Origin: Chrysomallon squamiferum
Taxonomy: Eukaryota; Animalia; Mollusca
Reading direction: 5' to 3'
DNA: 64,000 nucleotides
NCBI GenBank assembly: GCA_012295275.1
Contig: CM022665.1
Span: 33,170,001-33,234,000, forward strand
Shown piece by piece: positions 12,885 to 24,890 of this stretch; position 1 is the first letter of the stretch; each line of letters starts with the position of its first letter. The notes below the pieces were generated by a model. That model was not told where the DNA came from. It made no database searches and saw only the letters and a program-made list of their open reading frames with translations. A program made the position numbers and the translations under genes.

Positions 12885-13960
12885 GGCACTATATAAATTT
12901 GGAAAAAATGGCACTGTATTTATTTTTTCTCTATAGTTGCTTAAAAAACCTTAAAAGTACTTTTGAAAATACAATTTGTTCATGCAATATTGCTACGTGT
13001 ATATTAATATAGAGCATCACTCAACCACTTGGTTTTGCTTCACAAAGTACAGTGCTGTATCAGTTTAATATTAAAATTATCACATTGTTATGACATTTAA
13101 AAATACAGAATATGTATCATCACTCAACACTTAGCATCACTCAGGCACTTGGTTTTAGTTACCATGAGATTTCCAGTGGATGTTGTCACCAGCACCTTGA
13201 AGGAACTCTTCAAGTCTTGCTTCGATTTTGTCTGTCCACACATAACTAATGAAGACTAGACTATAGCTGGCTGTACACACATCGAATACGCTTGTGGTTA
13301 GGGTTGCATTACAATCAGTAGTTGTTGTTCTAATGAAAGCTAATGATATTTTCATTGGTATTTATATGAAATACATCAGCTTGCAATAGAACTGCTCAGT
13401 TTTTCAAAGAAGATGCCGAGAGACATTTGAGAAGCCATTCTTTCAGAAGTACAATCACTAGATGCTTGTGCAATCAACTCTTTCTGTCTGGCATCCAAGG
13501 ATGTGGGATGCCACTCCTTCAGAGGTGCAATTATGAACTGTTTTTGTAAGCTGGACTTACCTGATTATGTTATAATGACCAAACACCAAGGGAATTATGT
13601 GTGTATGTGTGTGTGACTGTGTATGTATGTATATATCCTCCAGAATGATAGCATACTGTCAATTAAGACATAGCATAAGACATATATATTTGGGGGGTTA
13701 TTTTTGGTTTACATTTATTTTGACTGACCGTTTATTATGAACTGTCAACAATTATATTATTTTTGGCATTAAATCGTTATCTAAAATATTATTCATGCAA
13801 TGGTTTTCTATGTGCAATAATGAATTGTTTTTGTAAGGACTTCACCTACTACCAATAACTAAATGTCAATAAGCAATAACTTTTGTTTTTCAGATGCCAT
13901 TTTTTTTTTTCAAAATTTGCATAGTGCCATTTCTTTCTGGTGCCCTTTTTTCCGTACCCC
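12885..13960 (+). mobile_element. Non-autonomous DNA element with inverted ends built from GGAAAAAATGGCAC repeats (Mutator-like, inferred)
   Basis: Left end ggaaaaaatggcactg at 12901; right end gtgccatttc...ccgtacccc at 13924-13960. Internal blocks recur at 29560-30170 and, inverted, at 56690-57480. Confidence 0.6.
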
Positions 13961-14099
13961 ATTACAATGTCACTTCAATGTGTTATTAGCTCTTTTTTTC
14001 GGTCACTTTCAAAGTGTTATAAATAAATCAGCGAAGTTGTGTTCAGTCTTTTTTTTTAAACCCATAAAACAATATTAATATAACTAGTATATGAAAAAA

Positions 14100-14790
14100 A
14101 AAAAAAAAAATTAAGCACGAATGCTCTCATAACGAAAACAAAATGATTCAGTTTCGTACGTTCGTTTTCAACAAAGGGACGTAACTACGACACGTTGTGA
14201 ACCAAACAGCAGGTGAAAGTTGATTCTGTTAGTCATTTTTATCAGTGAAAACGTCTTGTGAAAGATGTTCTGATTCATCTAAAAGGTTTAGGAAATCGGT
14301 ATTTTAAACTGTTGAGAATACCTCATTTTTTTAAATTTAGCATTGCATAATATTGTCAATTTGGGGGAAATGGTGTCAGCAGTGCTGTGTTTCGCAACGG
14401 AACAGGTTATGGATTAACATTGTTACGATTCTAGTTACGATACTGCCGAGAACTTGAAAATCGACTTCGTAGCATAACAAATCTTGTTTTGATGTATATT
14501 AGTTTAATTTTGTTTTTTTTTTTTTTTTTTTTTTTTTTTTCATTTATTTATTATTATATTCCATATTTGTGTTTTGTTTTTACTGTCAAAAATGACTTAT
14601 CGTTTGCTAAAAACAGATGTCAGTTGAAAGTTCAAACCGTCACTCAGTAAATAGTACAACTTCGTATAATATTTTATCAAATTATTTTTATAGTATATGG
14701 CTGAGGTGTCATTGTAGTGAGTTTGCGTAGCTCATCATATGTTGTAATGTCAAATATGTATCGCCGTTTTTATTTTCCGATTTTTAAATT
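14100..14790. promoter_or_regulatory. CpG-rich promoter region (possibly bidirectional)
   Basis: Sharp CpG cluster upstream of the plus-strand membrane-protein gene; GGGACGTAACTAC at 14176-14188. Confidence 0.55.
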
Positions 14791-15373
14791 TTATTTATTT
14801 GTTTATTATTTATTATTTTTATTTTTTTATTGTTTTTGCTTTTTAAATGTCATCAATATACATTTAAAATAATTAATGTTAAATACTATAGATGTTTGTT
14901 TATTTATTTATTTATTTACTTTTTTATTTTAAATATAGATCCTTTATTAGTATTGGTATTGCTTTTCACTATAAATATTGAATAAAATTAAATAGATCTT
15001 TTGTTACATTAATGACTATATTTCTAATTTTGCTAAAATAATGTGCATGCTAGATGTGTATTTTCAACTGTACATGCATCCTCATTTGGACCCCACATTT
15101 TTGGCATCTATTAACTATTGTATACTTGAACTTTGAACATCATGTGCTTTGACATTTATAATGTTTACACCAATTTAGCTTTTTTAATTTTTGAAAATAC
15201 ATTAGTTTTTTATTTTTATTTTTTTAATATTACGGGTCTCCCTTTTAAGGCCTCATATTTGCATATGTACGTATGTGTGTGTGTGTGTTGACATTTATTT
15301 GGGGCCAAAAACAAATCTGATCATATACCTATTCCTTTGTACATAATTTTAATCATATCTAGGTGTGGGAGGT

Positions 15374-15468
15374 ATGGATATTGGAATGAGACCCGTTTCA
15401 ACAATTCATCAAAACACAGTATATGACTACATTGATAATCATTATGAAGATGTTTCTACTCCTGTCAG
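15374..15468 (+). CDS. Orphan type II membrane protein, coding exon 1 of 8 (cytoplasmic Tyr motifs)
   Basis: tctag acceptor at 15362, ATG 15374, MDIGMRPVSTIHQNTVYDYIDNHYEDVSTPV, AG|GTTTGT donor, phase 2. Confidence 0.65.
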
Positions 15469-15857
15469 GTTTGTAACAAATTTCACTTACTTCCAGATAC
15501 TGTTTGAATATATTTCTGAACTATATCAGTAATTTAATTTAAAAAAATAAAATTAAATAAATAAATAAAAAGCACCAAAAATTCCACAAAAAAACATTAA
15601 TAATAAATAAATTAATTAATTAAAACAAAAAAGAAATAACATTGAATATTATTTCACAGCTGACACTGGTAATGGTTTATATTTGACTGAATAATTAATA
15701 TTTTGATGTTAATAACTTTACTTTATTTTGTTCAATCATTTAGTTCAGTTCCATTAGTTTTCTTAATTCATTTCTTAAAACATTATTTGTTCTGAGGGGT
15801 TGTGTGTCAAAATTTAAAAAAAGATTAAAAATACTCAGTCTCAGGATTAAATTTCAG

Positions 15858-15977
15858 AATTAATCATCCTATGTCAGAACAAAGTGAGAGAAAGTCTGCT
15901 ACATCAGGGATTTCTGAAGTACTGTCTGATTTTGATGATAAAAGTACAACTTCTATTATCAGACTTGTAGATAAGAG
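15858..15977 (+). CDS. Orphan type II membrane protein, exon 2
   Basis: tttcag acceptor, INHPMSEQSERKSATSGISEVLSDFDDKSTTSIIRLVDK, AG|GTGAGT donor, phase 2-2. Confidence 0.7.
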
Positions 15978-16441
15978 GTGAGTCTAAATATAAGATACAA
16001 TTTCTTGTATTTGTGATCAACATTATGATCATGATTTGAAAAGAAAGATATATTATTTTTATTAATGTGAAGTGATAACAATTAATTGCAAAATACTAAC
16101 AATAAGATAAAATTATACTGCATTTGTAGAAAATACTTATTACAATTATCAGTAAGTTTTTCCCTTTTTGATTTTTTTTATAATGCATTATCTGCAGTAT
16201 TATAGCCTTTCTTTATTTAATAGATCTCTGAGATTTTTGGTGTTAATGATTAACTTAGTATTTATATTTATAAATCAAATTGTATTCCATAATAATTTTA
16301 AATTATTATTATTTTTATGTATTTTTATTCTATTTATTTGTTTTTCTATTTCTGTTTTATGAAGGTTTGCTTATACTTTATTATTTTAATTTATTTTTTA
16401 TTTTTTTATTATTATGTTTTTTCTCTATTTTAATATTGTAG

Positions 16442-16623
16442 AAAGAAGTATAATCCATTATACATGACAAGCAGCTCCTCCTCTCCTCAACATCACAATG
16501 ACAGTAATGAGTCACCAAAGTTACAGAGTATCCAAAACCGAATCACCTGTCATTCTCTTCTTTTATTTGTTGTTCTTACATCATCATTCAGTGCTGTTGG
16601 ACTCAACATTTATCTTATGATGG
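16442..16623 (+). CDS. Orphan type II membrane protein, exon 3 (NPLY motif and transmembrane helix)
   Basis: KKYNPLYMT...SLLLFVVLTSSFSAVGLNIYLMM, G|GTAAAA donor, phase 2-1. Confidence 0.75.
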
Positions 16624-16802
16624 GTAAAAATAATTTATTAATATTTTTTTATTTTTTTTTTTTTATTTTTTTTTTTTTATTATTATTTTATTTTTATGTT
16701 ACTGTTATATTTTCATTAGATTTTGGATACACACACACACACACAGGAATGTATGTTTTTAAAATTAGATTTCATTGATAAAATCGATTTTTAAAATTAT
16801 AG

Positions 16803-16879
16803 AATTTGAATCTCATCACACTGAAACTGCAAGAATACTTGGAGAACTGCAAGATAAATATGAAAACATAACAGTGCAG
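16803..16879 (+). CDS. Orphan type II membrane protein, exon 4
   Basis: EFESHHTETARILGELQDKYENITVQ, CAG|GTTTGT donor, phase 1-0. Confidence 0.75.
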
Positions 16880-17224
16880 GTTTGTAGCTTATTAAATGTT
16901 TAATAACTTAAGTGTTCATGGTTTATCTGGATAAAAATTCAAATAAGAAAACATAAAAAAGAAGAAAGAAATCCAAAACAACAACATTCAAACAAGTCCT
17001 TCAGCCCACTGATTTGCTATAAAATAAAAAGTTGCAAAGAAAATGTACTGATCAAGTGATCTAGTTATAAACTTTAAATATGTGACTAAATTTATCGTTC
17101 ATTTGTTTTAACAATCAGTATTACCTTTTTAAAATGTAGCACAGTCAAGTGCCTGTACATTGTTTCATCAGCATTTTAAAATAGGAATTTGTTGTTAATA
17201 CTATTTATCATACTTGATCATTTC

Positions 17225-17330
17225 CCATCACAGCCATTGTCTATAACTGGTTTATCAGTTTGTGCTTCTCTATTTATGGGAAAGTGAATGTTTAAGGTCG
17301 TTTTTTGGCTGATTGAAAAAGAGTAGTGAG
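17225..17330 (+). mobile_element. Eroded SINE core fragment
   Basis: ...ataactggtttatca...gggaaagtgaat...gctgattgaaaaagagtag resembles the core seen at 35075-35160. Confidence 0.35.
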
Positions 17331-17458
17331 TTACCTTTATCATTACTAGAATAGTCCTTAATTATATATTTTTTTTAATGTAAAGACCATAACCATAGAG
17401 TAAAAAGTTGTTGAGTAAATCATTAAATAAAACATTTCTTTCTTTCTTTCCCTAACAG

Positions 17459-17533
17459 AATCAGATTCTGCAGTCTGTTATTGCTCAGTCTGGCATCAAT
17501 ACTACTGCTTTATTTTCTTCACCATTAAACATA
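17459..17533 (+). CDS. Orphan type II membrane protein, exon 5
   Basis: Long pyrimidine tract plus taacag, NQILQSVIAQSGINTTALFSSPLNI, GTAAGT donor, phase 0-0. Confidence 0.7.
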
Positions 17534-17899
17534 GTAAGTAACATTGAGACTTTTGGTTCATAATAAATATCTTGCTCTCATTTTCGGGAAATACTGACAG
17601 TGAAAAGGATTATGTAATTATTGATTTATATACTGAATATCATTGAAAGCTCACCATTTATGATACAGATATGAATGGGGCATATATCAGTATTAAGGAT
17701 ATCAATAAGTAGATACCATATTACATTACAGTCCATGTATAATGATGAATAACTTATAGAAATGATTGCCTGAATACTACATGAAACAAAGCACTGAAAC
17801 AGAACATGCAAAGCATGAAAAACATAAATCATACTGACACAAGCTTTAAAAGATGATCTCTGAATAACCACTTTCCTTTATGAAGTAGTCTTTGAGGGA

Positions 17900-18625
17900 A
17901 TGTTAAACAAATGGCATCAAGTCTGACAGCTGAGGAACATGCATGTCAGCATTTCAAGCAGAATCATTGCACAGTATTTAGGATGCCACCATTCAAACAT
18001 TCACATGAGATACCAGCAGACAAAAACACCAAGAACCATTCACATCTAAACCAGTGATGTGTTATGACATCACAACAGGTTCATCATATTGTGTACCTCT
18101 TCATGATCAAGGGCTGCCAGCTTCCAGGACTGCACCAACTGTTCAAATATGATAAGGTGTTATCAATGCAGACACTTGCTCACCAGCTATATGTTGACAT
18201 CTCCTGAATTATCTACATTGAAACGAGTGCCAATATTTGACAGGAAGATATTGTCACTGGAGTTTACAAAATTGACATGGTGAGCTACTCTCTAACAAAC
18301 CCCATTTCCATTTAGCATTAGCAGATGGTATGTATATGGTGTGGGGTAGGATGAGTAGTCATTAATGAACAGGCATTTGGACATGCACACATTTCAGCAG
18401 GATACTACCTGAGCACACACAGCACATGTTACAATACAGTATCTAACAAACAGTAAGGTCCTTTTGCTTAAATGGCCAGAATTGTCCTCTGATTTAACAC
18501 CAATAGAGCATCTCTGGATTATCTTGGTCAAAGCATCACATGTCCATAAATGAAAAGCCTTAGAGAACTGGAATATGCAATGCAGCAAAAGTGGAATGCT
18601 ACTGGTGGCCATACATGCTGTTGAA
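17900..18625 (+). mobile_element. Degenerate Tc1-like transposon (intronic)
   Basis: WPELSSDLTPIEHLW at about 18473-18517 and C-terminal QQKWNATGGHT (GGHTRY-like). Confidence 0.65.
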
Positions 18626-18814
18626 TCAGGTCAAATAAAAGTACTTATGTAAGAGTAAAAAAATATTTTGATATAATATTTAGATTTGTATTTGATTCTT
18701 TTATAAATGAATTAGTCCAAAAGAGAAAAATTGTTTAACTAGTTGACAAAAATATTACAGTGATGTCTATAATTTATTTTTTTATATTTTATTTTATTAT
18801 TTATTGTTTTTCAG

Positions 18815-18976
18815 TTCACAAACACCTCTTTGGCTTTACAGAGTTTAAAAGAACAGCTTTCAGAAGCAACACATGAAATGAGTTTTACTCAGAATGATTT
18901 AAAAGAGCAGTTTGATGCTTTCAATTTTAATATATCACAATACCTTCAACATCTTACTGGCATTATTGAATCAAAG
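18815..18976 (+). CDS. Orphan type II membrane protein, exon 6 (helical neck)
   Basis: FTNTSLALQSLKEQLSEATHEMSFTQNDLKEQFDAFNFNISQYLQHLTGIIESK, AAG|GTAAAT donor. Confidence 0.75.
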
Positions 18977-19427
18977 GTAAATTGGTTTTGAAATGAATTA
19001 ATTATCTCTCTTATAAAATCAATATACTGCACATGATTTGCTTAAAGTAATAAATTCTGTGTTACTTCACCAAGTTATTTCATATCTCTAAAGTACTGGG
19101 TAAAAATTAATTAATTCTAATAAACATGACTTTATTATTTAGTACAACTTGAGCTAGTTAATTCCCACAAAGTTTTTCGTTAAAATCAGGTAAGAAAATA
19201 ATTTAAAAACAAGGATTAAACTGAGAAACAGAATGTTATGTTATACTTTAATGTATTATTGTATCCAGTATTGAACATTGCTGTGATTTGTTTAAAACTA
19301 AAGCATATTGCATATTGGTGAAAAACAGAATATAACATTATTCAAAATAATACTGTTACATAATCAAAATTTAATGATGAAGGCTATTGATATTTTTTTC
19401 AAACTTAAATATGTTTCATCTTTTTAG

Positions 19428-19544
19428 GATTTAATACAGTATACAAAACTTTCATCTTGTTACTACAAAAATGATTCAAGTGAAGTTGTAAGTGGAAACA
19501 GAGATGCACCAACTCTATGGAGTCCTTCTGAACCTGATTTAAAG
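19428..19544 (+). CDS. Orphan type II membrane protein, exon 7
   Basis: DLIQYTKLSSCYYKNDSSEVVSGNRDAPTLWSPSEPDLK, AAG|GTTGAT donor. Confidence 0.75.
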
Positions 19545-19869
19545 GTTGATCGTTTTTAACTGCCTATTTCTACTGTTTGCTAAATGTTAATTAATGTGGA
19601 AGCACATGGAAGCCTTTAATAATTAAATAATAACACAGATAATTTTCATCAAATTAATATAAAATGAAAATGTTTTATATTAGTATGTTTCGAAACAAAC
19701 CTGTCTTTGCATACATACATATATATATATATATGCAGAGAACATTTGATTCAGTGTCCTGTCAGAGATTGCTGCATATTCTAAAATACACTGCAGCTAT
19801 AGAAATCAGTGAAAATATCAAGCAAATTCTATTCAGGCACTTTATTACAAAAATGACACTATTCTGCAA

Positions 19870-20850
19870 AGACATGACAACGTCCAAGAGGTTGGTAACA
19901 TCTTTTAATTCTGTAACCAGCACATACTGTGCATGAGGTACTAAACAGAATTTATGGCCATTATGGGCATCCAGTAAGATAGAACAGCAACATCTCATGG
20001 AGCAGATGGCCCTCCTAATGAAGACCTATGATATCTGATACCGCAGATCAAGCAAATTGGCATTCAGTTGCTGAAGAGAGTAAGCAGGGGTTTGGATCCT
20101 AAATATGTGCTATGGAGCAAGGTTGGTTGACAGAGATGGCCATGGAAGAACATTGATGAGCTGTTGGTTCAGATAGGCCATGCTCACTATAGCTATGCGA
20201 GGCCTGGCATTATCATGACATCTGTAGATACGGTTTAGCTGCCATGTTGAGCATGACATGGTTTTGGAGGACTTTGTTTCTGTAGTTTTGACATTACAAT
20301 GTTCTTAGATATACAAAGGTCTGTCCGGTCATCAGACCACCACCTCCCCAGTTATTCACTCATAGTCTTATCAGTTGGCATCTTTCACCCTTCCATTCCC
20401 ACATCTGTGGTTTAGCTGAGTTCAAATCTGGATTCATCTGTGAAGAGGATCTGTCCCCAGTGCTTTTGTGTCCACTGAAGATATGTTCAAGCCCACTGAA
20501 TTCAGTATTGTTGATGTTACTGTATCGGGATGGATCCAATGTAGGGTCTTCCTTGCTGATCTGGTCAGTGCCATACAGTCTCAATCATCTATGGTTCCAT
20601 TTTGTTGTATGCAATGTTGCAGTCTGTCATAGAATTGTGGCAGTTGAATTTAATGACCACTTCTTTCATGAATAAGCTTGATCAAAGTCATAATATGGCT
20701 TGTTCCCTCTCAGTGCCAGACAGTTGCAGCATTATGAACACCACTGCATTAACTAAAGGTCAATCACAATATGTGAATCTGATAGCTTAATTTCCCTGCT
20801 TTATAAAGCTGATAGTGTAAGGTACCACTGGCAAAGGTTGCATGTGCATT
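19870..20850 (-). mobile_element. Degenerate Tc1-like transposon (intronic)
   Basis: Reverse strand reads FTDESRF (about 20425-20445), DNARP (about 20200-20214) and INVLPWPSLSTNLAP. Confidence 0.7.
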
Positions 20851-20854
20851 TTAA

Positions 20855-21090
20855 CCCTTTGAACCTACCAGGCTGGTTTTCCAGCCTCTGCGTATAGTAT
20901 ATAAACCCACTGGGCCACTTTACCAGCCTCACTATGTTTGTTTACGCCTTGATATCTTAACAACATTTCCACTTGTATACTTGTCCATACTTCCAGCAAA
21001 GTACTGTCACAAGAATGCAAATAACTCATAGCTGATCTTTTTGCAAATTTTCATTGGGAGCTCATGGTGAAGATCATAGGGTTCAAAGGG
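20855..21090. mobile_element. 236-bp piggyBac-type MITE
   Basis: TTAA|CCCTTTGAACC ... GGTTCAAAGGG|TTAA: perfect 11-bp TIRs with TTAA at 20851-20854 and 21091-21094. Confidence 0.85.
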
Positions 21091-21869
21091 TTAACGATTT
21101 TCAAGAATTCTGCTTCTAAACAGTAATATGTTTCATCAAGTGCACAAAGTATGATGTGATCTTTCAAGCTGCATTCAATATACCCTATATATCAGACCAC
21201 AAAATCTGAAAATTTTGAAAACATGTTACCTGATGGTGATGAATGGAAATTTGTTTTTCTTAAAAGACTGAATTTTTAAGAATGAAAACAGGAAAGAAAA
21301 TCTATTTTTAATTAACTTCTTATTTATTTATTTATTTTTTTAAAAGTAGGCTTTTTAAATTAATAAAAAATGTGTACATCATGCTTGTCATTGTTTTACT
21401 ATTCTTGTAACCATCTTTATGGCTTAAAATGTGTTTGTAGTTTTGTTTCCAAATTACATGTATATATATATATATATAGTTATATTTATAAATCAGGAGT
21501 GGGGGAAAAAAACCTGTAATGTCATAATAATAATAATCAGAATATATCAGCATTATGATGATTTTGTCCAATTGTTAAAATACACTGTATTTATTGTTTT
21601 GAACAATCCCTAATTGGTCAAACTTAATAAGGTATTTACTGAAATTATTCTGACACTTGTCCTAAATGAGAAGAGATACAAATAGAATTTTCACCACATG
21701 CAACCGTCTCTTTCCAGGGACTGAGGAGGAAAAGAAACAATGTGACTGAATAATTTCCCCATAGTTTCCACAACTGATGAGAGATTTTACTTATTTTTCA
21801 CACAGATTTATCTTAGGCAATAACAATTCAGTCCTGAAAGTTTGGGTTCTTAACATCAATTGGGCTGTC

Positions 21870-23030
21870 ATTTATGCTTGTTCCAAAATGTGTTTGAGAT
21901 GGCCACATTGACAACATAGACACTCCTGAATGCAGTGCATGAAACTGTCAGTCATGCAGACACACTCCTCTCTTGGGAAGCCCTAATCTTTGTGTGATTT
22001 CCATTTTCAAGTCCCTGATTGTCTGGGGGTTAGTTTCGTAAACACGGTCTTTCAGATTGCCCCATAGGTAGACATCTGGGTGGTTCAGGTCAGGTGAGTG
22101 TGGGTTCCACTCAGGATCACATCTCCTACTGATCAGCCGATACGCAAATCGTTGTTGCAGCCATGCCAATGTTTGGTTTGAAGTGTGTGGGGTCACCCCA
22201 TCCTGATGAAACCATTGCTTCTTTCGACTGATGCCTCTACGTCTCCCTAGTGCAGTCCAAAACTTCCTCATGACCTCAACATAATGTTCTGAGTTCACCC
22301 TGAGAGACCATTCAGTTTTGTCTTCAAACCAAAAAGGTCCAATGATGCCAAGCTTAGAAAAGGCCACCCATGCAGTGCATTTTATTGAATGTAATGGACA
22401 CTGGAGGACATCCTCTGTTGGTACTGTACCCCAGAAAACACAGTTTTTGCTGTTGACATGACCTGACAGGAGAAAATGTGCCTCATCAGAGAACCACACA
22501 TCATCAAGAAAGTCCAGATTCGCTTCAATCTGTTCACAGAACAATCGACACGTGACAGCTCTTTTATGCCGGCCTCCTTGTGTCAGCTTCTGTTTAATCT
22601 TGTAAGGGTACAACTTAAGATCTGTGAAGAGAATTCATCTCAATAATTTCCGTGGAATGCCAAGCTCCTGACTGCATGTTCACATTGACTTCTTGGGGCT
22701 GTGACTGGCCGAGGCCCGGACAGCATCAACATTCCTTGTCACTCTCACAACTGCTTTTATTCAAATCATAACAAAATTCATTGGGGCTTTAAATCATTTC
22801 CAAGCTGTCATACAGTGGCTTGTACAAATACATTAACAACCTTGATTGTAATTAACAAAAATAAATATTGCTTAAATAAACTAAATTTTATGATTGTATG
22901 TTTTAAATTCTATTTAAACTTACAGGCCTACATAATTAGGGTGAGTGTTTTGAAGTTTTGAAGATCTTACACCTGCAAACTTGCATAACTATTCTATACT
23001 GGCAGAAAGACACTTTTCTCACCCCTGGTA
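21870..23030 (-). mobile_element. Tc1/mariner-superfamily DD41D (Visitor/rosa) transposon, frameshifted
   Basis: ORF 22613-21948 has VWFSDEAHF, HQDGVTPH and SPDLNHPDVYLWG; 41 residues lie between the second and third catalytic Asp. A GHLKHIL-like C-terminus follows in another frame. Confidence 0.85.
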
Positions 23031-23112
23031 TACATTGTACACACACACACACACACACACATACACTTACAAACATACACAAATCTCTTTTTTTTTCTTT
23101 TTTTTTTTTCAG

Positions 23113-23295
23113 AGGTTGGTGCCCATGTTTGTCTCCTGCTCTGTTAAAGGTGGGACTAAACATCTTTTGGAAAGAAAATACATTTCTGTAAATAAACTTC
23201 AGTATCGATGTTTGTGTGGAGGTGTTGTCAGTGGCTACCTTAGAAGATTGTGCACGTTACATCTTTGGTTGTGTCCTCTTGGATCCTCAACCTAG
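23113..23295 (+). CDS. Orphan type II membrane protein, terminal exon 8 (Cys-rich domain)
   Basis: poly-T cag acceptor; RLVPMFVSCSVKGGTKHLLERKYISVNKLQYRCLCGGVVSGYLRRLCTLHLWLCPLGSST*. Confidence 0.75.
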   Translation, partial: RLVPMFVSCSVKGGTKHLLERKYISVNKLQYRCLCGGVVSGYLRRLCTLHLWLCPLGSST

Positions 23296-24449
23296 TGTTT
23301 ATTTTTTAGGAAGTGGTTAAACAGCTAGAATGAGATGGTGGGTATATTAATAACATACTGTCTTAGGGATGTTGTCATCACTGGTAATGACTAATGTAAT
23401 TAGCTGAAATCTTGCAAGGATTCATATAAAAAATATTGTTCATGTTTTTTACATGACTATAAAAGTACTAATTATAGATCAGAAGTTTATTTATTTAAAG
23501 ACTGCCCAAAGTGCATCATTGAGAACATATAAACAAAACATAATTTGCTTTTTGTAGTAGCACAAGACATATTTAATTAATATTAACAAAGAAGACCGTT
23601 TGTAAGAATCAAAAATGATTTTATTTTTTTCCTTTTTTCTAAATTTATTTTGGTACAACATACATGTTGAAATATTACTGCACATCCTCCAAGTGTATAA
23701 TAACAGGGTATATATTAATTTCTCTCAGCAGATAAAAATGTACAGTTAAAAATATAGTGGAACTTGTTACCAATGTAAGAATTACATAAAAGACATTTTC
23801 TGTCTTCTCTGTCAATATTGAACATCTGCTAGTTTATGTAGGTAGGGTAAAATTACCAATTCTAAATTTACATAATATTCTGGCATTTGTTTGGGGGTTT
23901 TTTGGCTACAGAATGTTCTAATTTAAATTTATGTTTAAACATTCTAGTTAGATAACTCAGATTTATTTTTTAACAAGACATTCACATGGATTCATAAATA
24001 TGTTCATAAACCACATTTATCTAGTATACCTTTTATAAAAGATAACCATGGACATGATGTAGCATTTGTATTATGGAATATATAAAATACTAGATAATTT
24101 AGATTAATTAGCGTTAACATGATTTGCCCCAAATGTAATCCTCCTAACTTTTATGCATATGGACCATAAAGCTCAATGTTTGTTAAAATGTAATATATAT
24201 ATTTACAAAACTTGAAGGTCTTACATATATATCTTAATTAATAAATGACTAAATTTCACATGCATATAATAATACAGGTATCAAATTATCTACTTTTCCT
24301 TCGAGTCAAACTGTAGGAATTATTCTAGTATCAAATATAATAATAAATATTATAACAAAATATCACATGTTGATGTAACATACATGTATATTCATTAATA
24401 ACTGACAATTCCAAGTTACTTACTTACACTTTATTTTCAGTATACATCA

Positions 24450-24890
24450 TTTTATTTCTTCACCACTGTCTGGACTGTTAAGTCATCATTTGTAGAAACT
24501 ATGTTTTACATAATATCATCACATTTGCATTCTTTGTCATCATCAGTAATGTTAAACTCATTTTTTCTTGACTGATAATATTCTTCAGACACTATATTAA
24601 TATCATTATGGAAATCATCTGTTTTGCTGCTGTCCCATCTTAGTGATTTCTCAGAAATTTCTAGACCAACATATTTTTCATTCACCCTGTCTATATTCTG
24701 TTAAGACTTTAGTGTAATAGATAATGGATGGTGAACATCAGAAAACAATCTAGAAAATTCTAGTATGCAAAAATTATCAACCAAGTTTATATAACTAATC
24801 AAACCAATACAATAATTGACAATGCTAGGATTCGTCAAGTAAATTTACCAAAATGACTATCTTCACTGACATGGTCATTTAGAATATATA
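24450..24890 (-). mobile_element. Degenerate LINE endonuclease-region fragment
   Basis: Reverse strand reads GKFT..NPSIVNYCIG, ILEFSRLFSDVHHPLSITLK and LRWDSSKTDDF, matching the APE endonuclease DY and SD-H motifs. Confidence 0.55.
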
